From an uncultured Gammaproteobacteria bacterium (GTDB lineage: Bacteria; Pseudomonadota; Gammaproteobacteria; Magnimaribacterales; D2472): a stretch of DNA of 51,467 nucleotides. The notes beneath the pieces are model-generated. The model did not search any database. It saw only the letters and a list, made by a program, of their open reading frames with translations, and was not told where the DNA came from. Position numbers and translations under genes: made by a program. The stretch's first letter is position 1. The number at the start of each line of letters is the position of its first letter. Shown piece by piece: positions 1 to 7,993 of the stretch. The DNA lies in NCBI GenBank assembly GCA_964444385.1, contig CAYUHD010000004.1:1-51467 (forward strand), read 5' to 3'.

Positions 1-300
1 GCACAAACAGGGAAAATTAGGTCTATTCCTTTAATGCTTGTACCTTTTGAAAAGGGTGTAGTGTTAGTAGCCTCTTTAGGAGGAGCAGATAATCATCCAG
101 CATGGTATTGGAATTTAAAGGCTAACCCAGAGATAATTGCATATGTGGGTTCCAAGAAATTATCTTTAGTTGCTAAACAAGTGGGCAATAAGAAAAAAGC
201 TGAGCTTTGGCCGCTTATTTGTTCCTGCTACGCTGATTACGACAAATACCAAAAACGAACCAAGAGAAACATACCTGTTTTTAATTGTCAGCCCAGATAA
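1..300 (+). CDS. Deazaflavin (F420)-dependent nitroreductase (DDN/FDOR-A) family protein, 5' truncated by window edge
   Basis: Frame is open from base 1 (AQTGKIRSIPLM...). Motifs VASLGGADNHPAWYWNLKANP and YQKRTKRNIPV match the DDN pattern VASxGG..HPxWYxNL.A.P / YQ.RT.R.IP. Confidence 0.85.
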   Translation, partial: AQTGKIRSIPLMLVPFEKGVVLVASLGGADNHPAWYWNLKANPEIIAYVGSKKLSLVAKQVGNKKKAELWPLICSCYADYDKYQKRTKRNIPVFNCQPR

Positions 301-403
301 AAGAGAGTTATGAATGCCATTGGCAATAATTGATTAGGAAATTCCTAAAATTGATGCCAAAAAATACATCACCAATTAGGATTAAAATTAATCTCATTCT
401 TCT

Positions 404-430
404 CTTGAATTTTTTATAAAAATACATAAA
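404..430 (+). promoter_or_regulatory. Putative sigma-32 (RpoH) heat-shock promoter
   Basis: CTTGAA at 404-409 followed by ATACATAA (imperfect CCCCATnT-like -10), directly upstream of an hsp20 gene. Confidence 0.5.
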
Positions 431-434
431 TAAG

Positions 435-526
435 ACATGTGGATGCCATTAGGGTCCATGTATTTTAACCGCACATGCCAAAAAGGATGTGCATATTTAG
501 TCGCTACTAAGGAGGACTATATTATG
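435..526 (+). promoter_or_regulatory. ROSE-like RNA thermometer 5' UTR with three hairpins
   Basis: Hairpins at 437-461, 471-492 and 498-519. The last pairs UCGCU with the AGGA of the Shine-Dalgarno and leaves G503 bulged, which is the ROSE signature. Confidence 0.7.
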
Positions 527-976
527 GTACTTAATTTTACCGATCCGTTCCTAACAACTCGTGTGTTAGGGTTTGAAAGCCTGTTTGATAGATTGCAGAG
601 ATTTTCTGAAACCACAGAAAGATCTTCAAGCTATCCTCCATATAACATCAGGAGAGATCAAAATAAGATCTTTATTGATGTCGCTGTTGCCGGTCTTGCT
701 AAAGAAGATCTCAACATCGAATTGGCAGAAGGCGTATTAACCATTGAGCATAAAGGCCCAAAAGCTGAGTTGCTTAATGGAGAAAATGAAGTTGTCTATC
801 AAGGCATAGCTCAAAGAGCATTCAAGCAACAATTTACTTTAGCAGAGAATGTTGAAGTTCATGGAGCTGAATTAGTAAATGGAATGTTAACTCTTGAATT
901 AGAAAAAATTATTCCAGATGCTCAAAAGCCACGCATGATTGATATTTCAGCTCCTAAGATTTTAGGCAGCAAATAA
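524..976 (+). CDS. ibpA: Small heat shock protein, Hsp20/IbpA family
   Basis: YPPYNI, AVAG, YQGIAQRAF, NGMLTLEL and C-terminal IDI motifs. The strong RBS AAGGAGG at 509-515 places the start at ATG 524 rather than 437. Confidence 0.93.
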   Translation: MVLNFTDPFLTTRVLGFESLFDRLQRFSETTERSSSYPPYNIRRDQNKIFIDVAVAGLAKEDLNIELAEGVLTIEHKGPKAELLNGENEVVYQGIAQRAFKQQFTLAENVEVHGAELVNGMLTLELEKIIPDAQKPRMIDISAPKILGSK

Positions 977-995
977 CTCATTCATAATGAGATCG

Positions 996-1020
996 GGGGA
1001 GCTTATGCTCCCCTTTTTTT
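996..1020 (+). terminator. Rho-independent terminator after hsp20
   Basis: GGGGAGC-TTAT-GCTCCCC followed by T7. Confidence 0.9.
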
Positions 1021-1036
1021 ATTACAATGGTTTAAC

Positions 1037-2986
1037 ATGAGCATCATGAAAAAAATCTTTTTAGTCTGTAGCTTCTTTTTGAGCTCGTTTCTTCTCGCTA
1101 ATCCTATGGAAACAAGTCATGCAAAGGCGAGCTTGATTACCAATCTTCAAAGTTCAACTCAAGAATCTTTTTATATTGGTGTGCGTTTACAAATGCAAGA
1201 AGGATGGCATACCTATTGGGAAAATCCAGGAGATTCTGGCAGCCCCTTTGAAGCTAAATGGAGTGCTGATGCTGGAGTTATAGTAGAAAATGTTCAATGG
1301 CCTACTCCTAAAACCATTCCTTACCCGCCCCTCATGACCTATGGTTATGAAGACGATGTTATTTTCCCATTTCAAGTATTTCGTTCTCTTGATTCTAAAT
1401 TAACTAAAATAAGTTTAGATTTTGATTTCTTAATTTGCGCAGATATATGCATTCCTGAAAAAGTATCTCTATCTATAGATCTGTTATCAGCTTCACCGAG
1501 CAGTCTCTTAGATGAAGCAATAGATAACCTTCCAACCAAAATTTTACTAACCAAAAGTAATGTTGTTGGGAACAATCTGAAAGTAACCTTTCAAGCTTCT
1601 CAAGACTTCTCAAAGGCATACTTATTTCCTCGTGAGGATAATTTATTTGTATATACACCCAAGCAAACAATTTCGCAGCTTAATGACAATACTTATGAAA
1701 TGACTCTGCCTTTAATAAAAGATGAAATAGAATCTTTTTCTGGAATTATTAGCTTAGATGGTCAAGGATTTCAATTTGAAGAACAAATATTCACTGCTGG
1801 CGGTATGTCATTATGGCAAGCAATACTGTTTGCTTTGATTGGTGGATTAATTCTTAATCTCATGCCTTGTGTTTTTCCAGTGATCTCTTTAAAAGTTCTC
1901 AGTTTCGTCTCCATGGGTGGTGATGATCATACAAAAATTAGAAATCATGCCCTAGCTTTTGTTGGTGGAGTTATGTCTACATTTTTATCTATTGCAACTG
2001 CGCTAATAATTATCAGATCGACTGGGCCCATGATTGGATGGGGTTATCAACTTCAATCTCCTATAGTTGTAGGGGTATTAACTTTAATTATGTTGGGCAT
2101 AGGCTTGATTCTTCTTACCAATATCAATGTAGCTTCAGGCCTAACGAATCTGGGCTCTACTGTGCAAAGTAGAAACAATTACTTAGGCTCATTTTTTACT
2201 GGCGTATTGGCAGTTGTTGTAGCCTCACCTTGCACGGCTCCATTTATGGGGGCTGCAGTTGGTTATGCTCTTTTGCAACCATCTTTTGCAACTTTGCCTA
2301 TCTTTCTATCTTTGGGACTGGGTTTTGCTGGTCCTTATCTTATGCTTACTATTAAACCGCAATGGATCAGCTCTCTTCCAAAACCAGGGCCCTGGATGGA
2401 AACTTTAAAACAGTTTTTTGCTTTTCCAATGATTGCAACGGCTTTATGGTTAATGTGGGTGTTCATGGTGCAAACATCGGGAGATGCTTTAATTCAACTC
2501 TTAATTTTAGGCTTGTGTCTTGGCATTGCCATTTGGATGATTGTTACCTTTAAAGGTCGATGGAAGTGGATTGGGTTAATGCTCACATTCATTGCATCAA
2601 TCCAAATTTTTAATAATTTACCAAATCATATTAATGAGCCGACAAGGACAGTAGATGCAGACAGCTGGAATCTATCAATTGAATCTGATCTTCAGGCTAA
2701 GAATCAAGCCTACCTAATTAACTTCACTGCAGCCTGGTGTATTACCTGTCAGACAAATGAAAAAACAGCCTTAGCAAGAACCAGAGTGCAAGATTATTTG
2801 GTTGAACAAAATATAAAATATATCAAAGCTGATTGGACTAATAGAAACGAAGATATTGCAATTGGTCTTGCTAAATATGAGCGAACAGGAATTCCTTTAT
2901 ATATTTTTTGGCAGCCTGGAATGCATGGTTCAAAAATCCTGCCAGCCGTTTTAACTGAAGACTTATTAATTAGGAGCATGCAATGA
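1037..2986 (+). CDS. dsbD: Thiol:disulfide interchange protein, DsbD/ScsB family
   Basis: Signal peptide; N-terminal domain with GWHTYWENPGDSG and ICADIC; TM domain with LMPCVFP and SPCTAP; C-terminal thioredoxin domain with WCITC. Confidence 0.88.
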   Translation: MSIMKKIFLVCSFFLSSFLLANPMETSHAKASLITNLQSSTQESFYIGVRLQMQEGWHTYWENPGDSGSPFEAKWSADAGVIVENVQWPTPKTIPYPPLMTYGYEDDVIFPFQVFRSLDSKLTKISLDFDFLICADICIPEKVSLSIDLLSASPSSLLDEAIDNLPTKILLTKSNVVGNNLKVTFQASQDFSKAYLFPREDNLFVYTPKQTISQLNDNTYEMTLPLIKDEIESFSGIISLDGQGFQFEEQIFTAGGMSLWQAILFALIGGLILNLMPCVFPVISLKVLSFVSMGGDDHTKIRNHALAFVGGVMSTFLSIATALIIIRSTGPMIGWGYQLQSPIVVGVLTLIMLGIGLILLTNINVASGLTNLGSTVQSRNNYLGSFFTGVLAVVVASPCTAPFMGAAVGYALLQPSFATLPIFLSLGLGFAGPYLMLTIKPQWISSLPKPGPWMETLKQFFAFPMIATALWLMWVFMVQTSGDALIQLLILGLCLGIAIWMIVTFKGRWKWIGLMLTFIASIQIFNNLPNHINEPTRTVDADSWNLSIESDLQAKNQAYLINFTAAWCITCQTNEKTALARTRVQDYLVEQNIKYIKADWTNRNEDIAIGLAKYERTGIPLYIFWQPGMHGSKILPAVLTEDLLIRSMQ

Positions 2987-3615
2987 AATTAATTTTCAGC
3001 ATTATCATTCTATTTGCTTTTACAACTAATCTTGTTGGCGCTGAAATCATCTTAAAAAATCCGGAGGTGAATGAAAAAGCTCCAAATTTTTCTGCAATTG
3101 ATTCTTACGGAAAAAAAATTAATTTATCAGACTTTAAAGGAAAACCGGTAATTCTTGAATGGTCCAATCATGAATGCCCATATGTTGCCAGACATTATGA
3201 AGAAAATAATATGCAAAGAGTTCAAAAAATAGCCCAAGGCGAAGATTTTATTTGGCTAACTATTATCTCCTCTACCCCAGGAGAACAAGGTCATGTAAGT
3301 CCAACTCAAGCCAATGAACTAACCAAAACAAGAAATGCCTACCCAAGTCATGTTTTGTTGGATGAATCAGGTGAAATTGGTATGCAATATGGAGCTAAAA
3401 CCACCCCCCACATGTTTATGATCGATAGTAAAGGTTTTCTTCGCTACAAAGGAGCTATTGACGATATTGGGAGAGGAATGAAATTTTTCTCAGCTTCTTT
3501 TGCTAAGGCAAGAAACTATGTTGCTACACAGCTTTTGGATGTAAAGCAAAAAAATATGCTAGATATTACTAGCACTGTGGCTTATGGTTGCAGCGTGAAA
3601 TATAACTACGATTGA
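2983..3615 (+). CDS. Exported peroxiredoxin-like redoxin (AhpC/TSA, PrxL-like)
   Basis: Signal peptide, APNFSAIDSYGK, NHECPY, YGAKTTPHMF, YKGAIDD, YGCSVKY. ATGA overlap with dsbD. Confidence 0.8.
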   Translation: MKLIFSIIILFAFTTNLVGAEIILKNPEVNEKAPNFSAIDSYGKKINLSDFKGKPVILEWSNHECPYVARHYEENNMQRVQKIAQGEDFIWLTIISSTPGEQGHVSPTQANELTKTRNAYPSHVLLDESGEIGMQYGAKTTPHMFMIDSKGFLRYKGAIDDIGRGMKFFSASFAKARNYVATQLLDVKQKNMLDITSTVAYGCSVKYNYD

Positions 3616-4124
3616 AAAATATATTTATCCCATTCTCTATCAGGAAAATTATTTTTATCAATTTGATGACCTCGAATTAAATGACTAAGCGAAGGCTTGC
3701 TAGGCTCAACCTTTGGTCGAATATTCCTATCGCCTTTTTTTAAATTGCAAGTTATGCAAGCTGTAACTACATTATCCCATGTTGAGCTACCCTTCTTGCT
3801 CTTAGGCACAATGTGGTCCATGGTGAGATTTTTCTTTTCAAAAATATCAAAACAATATTGACATGTGTAAAGGTCTCTAAGAAATATATTGGTTCTAGAA
3901 AATTTAACGTAACTATGAAAAGGATGATAGCTTTGCAACATCAAAATGCTTGGAACTTTCATTTCAATAGATGGAGATCGCACAACCCAGTCCTTGTGCT
4001 CTTTAATCACTATGACGCTTCTGGTAATGGTGAGCTTGATGGCTGTTTTCCATGTTATTACTGATAAAGGCAAGTAGCTTATCGGCCGGCCGTTTCCATT
4101 TAACAATAAACAATCTTCTGACAT
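3606..4124 (-). CDS. HNH endonuclease (McrA/COG1403-like)
   Basis: FSRTNIFLRD.YTCQYC, TMDHIVPKSKKG, WDNVVTACITCNLKKG. Confidence 0.9.
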   Translation of the reverse strand: MSEDCLLLNGNGRPISYLPLSVITWKTAIKLTITRSVIVIKEHKDWVVRSPSIEMKVPSILMLQSYHPFHSYVKFSRTNIFLRDLYTCQYCFDIFEKKNLTMDHIVPKSKKGSSTWDNVVTACITCNLKKGDRNIRPKVEPSKPSLSHLIRGHQIDKNNFPDREWDKYIFQS

Positions 4125-4276
4125 AAAATTAAATTTTCTTTGATCTTTTAAAAAATATTACATGAATATTTATAAATAAGAAGCCTCATAAGATAACATT
4201 TATGTGACAAAAATTTTCAAAGATATATTTTTCTAAAAGTCTGATATAACATGGGTCAAAAATTGATTTAATTAAA

Positions 4277-4993
4277 ATGGCTTATCCAGCATTTGAAGTA
4301 TTTGGAAGTCAGCATCTAGTTTCTTTGCTGATCTGTGCTGCTGTGATTTATGGATACCCCAAGTACTTTGAAAACAAAAACGAATCAAAAAAAATCTTAG
4401 GCGGAAAAATAATTGCCGGCTTAATGATTTTACACATGCTTACTCAGCCTTTTTATGATGTTTTTTTATTTGATTTGCCCTGGCAAGGTGAATTTCCGAT
4501 GCACATGTGTGACTTTTCAATGATGATAATGATTTTTTACCTTTTGAATCAAAATGCACCAAAGATTCTTTTTCATTGCGCCTATTTTTGGGGCATATGT
4601 GGGGCAACCATGGCCTTGGCAACTCCAGATCTTATATATGGATTTCCTCATGGAGAATACTCACCATTTTTCTGGGGTCACAGCTTAATTCTATTAGCGG
4701 TTTTTTATGTATTGATTGTTAACAAAGAAAGGCCTTTTTTAAGTGATATTCCTAAAGTTATTGGGGTGACTCTTGGATTGTTGGTTTTCGTGTATTTTGC
4801 GAATCTTTTGATTGGTTCGCCAGCTAATTATTGGTATTTGGTGGATAGGCCTGTTGAAGGCACTCTAATGGACTACTTTCCTGACCCACCCTTGCACCTG
4901 ATCGGTACGATTCCATTAGCTGTGCTTCTTTTTTATATTGCCTACCTACCCCTTCAGATTAAAGATGCTCTGCGAGGTAAAGTGGCCAAATGA
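4277..4993 (+). CDS. YwaF/TIGR02206-type integral membrane protein
   Basis: FGSQHL, PMHMCD, ALATPDL, FFWGH and NYWYL motifs; multiple TM segments. Confidence 0.75.
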   Translation: MAYPAFEVFGSQHLVSLLICAAVIYGYPKYFENKNESKKILGGKIIAGLMILHMLTQPFYDVFLFDLPWQGEFPMHMCDFSMMIMIFYLLNQNAPKILFHCAYFWGICGATMALATPDLIYGFPHGEYSPFFWGHSLILLAVFYVLIVNKERPFLSDIPKVIGVTLGLLVFVYFANLLIGSPANYWYLVDRPVEGTLMDYFPDPPLHLIGTIPLAVLLFYIAYLPLQIKDALRGKVAK

Positions 4994-5973
4994 AACTCGA
5001 ACCAATTGTTTGGTTTGAGGAAGTAGTTAAAACCCATCAAACCATTTCACCCTACATTCATCACACACAGGTGGTGACTTGCCCCGATCTAGATGAGGAG
5101 CTGGGTGGAAAATATCTATTTAAACCAGAATCACTTCAAATTACTGGATCTTTTAAAGTTAGGGGCGCCCTATCAGCTATCTCAAGATTATCAGAGAATC
5201 AATTAAAACAAGGGGTCATAGCCTTTTCTTCAGGTAACCATGCGCAAGGTGTTGCTTATGCTGCAAAAATTTTTAATACTCCTGCATTGGTGTTAATGCC
5301 TAAGGATGCGCCAGTAAAAAAAATTACCACTGCTCAAGAGCTAGGCGCTGAAGTAATATTTTTTGATAGAAAGACTGATAACAGAGAAAAGATGGCTCAA
5401 GAAATTGCGGAGAAAAAAAATCTTACTCTTATCAAACCTTATGATTCCTTGTATACAATTTTTGGTCAAGCAACTGCTGCATATGAGGTTGTCCAAGACA
5501 ATAATGAGATAATTGATAATGCGATTATTTGCGCTGGCGGAGGCGGACTAACCGCTGGTTCATGCATATCTTTAAAGCATGCCAATCCCGATTGCAATAT
5601 TTTTACTGCCGAACCAAAAGATTGGAATGATCATGAGCAATCATTCAAAGAATCTCAAAGGGTTTGTTTGGATGTAAATCGACCTGGCCTTTGTGATGGA
5701 CTCTTAGCGCCAATGCCAGGGGAGATTACATTTCCAATTAACCAGCAATATGGAGTAAGTGGTTTATCTACATCAGATAAAAAAGTATGTGAAGCCATGA
5801 GTTTTGCTTTTCATCGATTAAATTTAACTCTTGAGCCAAGTGGAGCTATTGCGTTGGCATGTTTTTTAGACAATAAGGAAAAGTTTAAAAACTCTAGAAC
5901 ATTAATAATGTTATCGGGGGGTAATGTGGATGAAGAAACGTTTGCTGTATGTCTAAAAAGGGTTATTCAGTAG
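4990..5973 (+). CDS. PLP-dependent threonine/serine dehydratase (no ACT domain)
   Basis: KPESLQITGSFKVRGA, SSGNHAQG, GGGGL, EPSGA, SGGNVD. Confidence 0.88.
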   Translation: MKLEPIVWFEEVVKTHQTISPYIHHTQVVTCPDLDEELGGKYLFKPESLQITGSFKVRGALSAISRLSENQLKQGVIAFSSGNHAQGVAYAAKIFNTPALVLMPKDAPVKKITTAQELGAEVIFFDRKTDNREKMAQEIAEKKNLTLIKPYDSLYTIFGQATAAYEVVQDNNEIIDNAIICAGGGGLTAGSCISLKHANPDCNIFTAEPKDWNDHEQSFKESQRVCLDVNRPGLCDGLLAPMPGEITFPINQQYGVSGLSTSDKKVCEAMSFAFHRLNLTLEPSGAIALACFLDNKEKFKNSRTLIMLSGGNVDEETFAVCLKRVIQ

Positions 5974-6694
5974 ATTTATCTTCATCTTTAAAAGCGTCAA
6001 TAACTGTACCGCCAGTCATGACATCCACAATGACGCCAATCACCATGTTTAATAAAATTACTGCATTGATAATGATAAAAGAGACAAAGAAGATCCATGC
6101 ATAAGGATAAACTTCAATTACCTGCCCCATAATGGCCGCCCAATCATCGTAAGTTGCAACTTGCACAAGGGTGATTAAAGCTAAGCCGATGTTGCCCCAG
6201 TTCTCTGGATCCACTGCTCCAAAAAACATAGTTCCAATTGCGCCCCACACATACATAAAGATAAACATTAATAAGGCAATAAAACCAACTCTAGGAATAC
6301 TTCTAACCAAAGAGTCAATAATATGACGAAAAGCTGGAACTACAGTAATAATTCTTAGCACTCGGATAATTCTAAGAAGTCTGGCAACAAATATACTTTC
6401 TACATTATTAATAGGTATTAGTGAAATAGTAACAATTAGAAAATCAAAGACGTTCCAACCATCTTTAAAAAATTTTATCAATGAGCGTTCAGAAATCATC
6501 CTAATTACTATCTCAATTACAAAAAATAATGTGATTGCATAGTCGAATAAATCTAAGTAAATATTATATTGTGGGGAAATATCATACGAAATAACTCCAG
6601 CATAGATAGCAGAAGCTACAATCACAGCGATAACAATACCGCTAAAAAAATTACTATTTCTGATACTTAGAAAAAACTCTACAAAACTATTCAT
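5963..6694 (-). CDS. Voltage-gated cation channel (BacNav-like, 6TM)
   Basis: WNVFDF in S3, S4 RLLRIIRVLR, pore helix and filter TLVQVATYDDWAA, S6 LNMVIGVIVD. Confidence 0.9.
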   Translation of the reverse strand: MNSFVEFFLSIRNSNFFSGIVIAVIVASAIYAGVISYDISPQYNIYLDLFDYAITLFFVIEIVIRMISERSLIKFFKDGWNVFDFLIVTISLIPINNVESIFVARLLRIIRVLRIITVVPAFRHIIDSLVRSIPRVGFIALLMFIFMYVWGAIGTMFFGAVDPENWGNIGLALITLVQVATYDDWAAIMGQVIEVYPYAWIFFVSFIIINAVILLNMVIGVIVDVMTGGTVIDAFKDEDKSTE

Positions 6695-6802
6695 ACTGGA
6701 CCAATCATAAAGAGAAGTGTTTTATTTACAAGCATATTTAACTCAGGAAGATAATTCATTAACTCTGTACTACAATTACATAAAAATTTATATTTAATAG
6801 AT

Positions 6803-7966
6803 ATGGAAGGACTAACTGAAATTATTTCAAATGTTTGGAACCAGGGCTTATTAGGCATTGGCGTAACTGAAATTATAGTTTCAATAATAATTTTTATTAT
6901 TGGGGCTATAACTAGAGTTTTTTTTATTGGAAGTGTATTAAAGCGACTAGAACTTCTAACTGCTAATACAAAATCAGAGATTGATGATGTTTTACTGGAA
7001 TCTTTAAAGAAGCCTTTAGGATACATTCCGCTAACTATTGCTATTTACTTTATAGCTGTTTATTTGCCTCTCTCGGGAATAGCAGAAATGTTTGCAACAA
7101 ATCTGATTAAAGCTATGATTGCCTTCACAATATTTAGCGCTTTAGCAAATAGTGTTGCTCCAATATTTCAAACATTTACTTCTTCAACTGTTCTAACTGA
7201 ATCAATGACTAAATGGCTTGAAAGAGCTGCTCGGGTAATTATTTGGGTAGTGGGTATTGGGATTATTTTTGATATTTTTGGAATTCAAATTGGCCCCTTG
7301 GTTGCCGGTTTAGGATTATTTTCTGTTGCTGTAGCATTAGGTGCCCAAGATTTCTTTAAAAACCTAATATCAGGTTTGCTCATCATTGGTGAAAATAGAT
7401 TCCAACCTGGTGATAGGATAGAGGTTCCAGGTCAACTCCATGGGATTGTTGAGGATATTGGTTTTAGATCGACTCTTATAAGGATGTTTGATACTGCTCC
7501 AATGCTTGTTCCCAATAAAGATCTTTCAGATGTTAGTGTGATTAATCATGGTGGCATGATATATAGAAGAATTAGCTGGACAATAAACTTAACTTACTCA
7601 ACGACACAAAAGCAGTTATTAACAATTTGTAATGAAATTACTAAATATATTTCATCTAGTGATCAATTTATTACTAACCCAGATCAAGAATCTTTTGCTA
7701 GAACCGAGGAGCTAGCTGCAAGTTCAATAGATTTGAGAGTTCTATGTTATTCAAATCCTGTAGGATTGACAGATTTTTCTAAAATTAAACAAAATCTAAT
7801 ATTTGAAATAATAAAAATTGTTAGAAGCAATGGTTCTGAATTTGCCTATCCATCTAGATCTATTTATATAGAAAATACTGAAGACTTAGATGTAAGCAAA
7901 TATTTAAATGATGATCTATCAGAAAAAATTTCCAATGACTCAAACCCTCAGCAGGGAGAGGATTAG
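6803..7966 (+). CDS. Small-conductance mechanosensitive channel, MscS family
   Basis: AGLGLFSVAVALGAQD, FQPGDRI, GIVEDIGFRST, VPN, EFAYPS. Confidence 0.92.
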   Translation: MEGLTEIISNVWNQGLLGIGVTEIIVSIIIFIIGAITRVFFIGSVLKRLELLTANTKSEIDDVLLESLKKPLGYIPLTIAIYFIAVYLPLSGIAEMFATNLIKAMIAFTIFSALANSVAPIFQTFTSSTVLTESMTKWLERAARVIIWVVGIGIIFDIFGIQIGPLVAGLGLFSVAVALGAQDFFKNLISGLLIIGENRFQPGDRIEVPGQLHGIVEDIGFRSTLIRMFDTAPMLVPNKDLSDVSVINHGGMIYRRISWTINLTYSTTQKQLLTICNEITKYISSSDQFITNPDQESFARTEELAASSIDLRVLCYSNPVGLTDFSKIKQNLIFEIIKIVRSNGSEFAYPSRSIYIENTEDLDVSKYLNDDLSEKISNDSNPQQGED

Positions 7967-7993
7967 TAGAGCTAATCAACTACTAAAATAGGT

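Noticed and set aside
308-397. 29-codon minus-strand ORF (MRLILILIGDVFFG...) upstream of hsp20
   Set aside because: Very short, weak RBS, no recognisable motif; expected by chance in AT-rich DNA.
437-523. N-terminal extension of the Hsp20 ORF from position 437
   Set aside because: The region is the structured leader; the strong RBS and family alignment point to ATG 524.
6691-7026. 111-aa minus-strand ORF and the many other 60-160-aa ORFs antisense to or nested in long genes (e.g. 12518-12997, 20032-20466, 40992-41642)
   Set aside because: They are shadow frames of well-supported genes with no motifs of their own.
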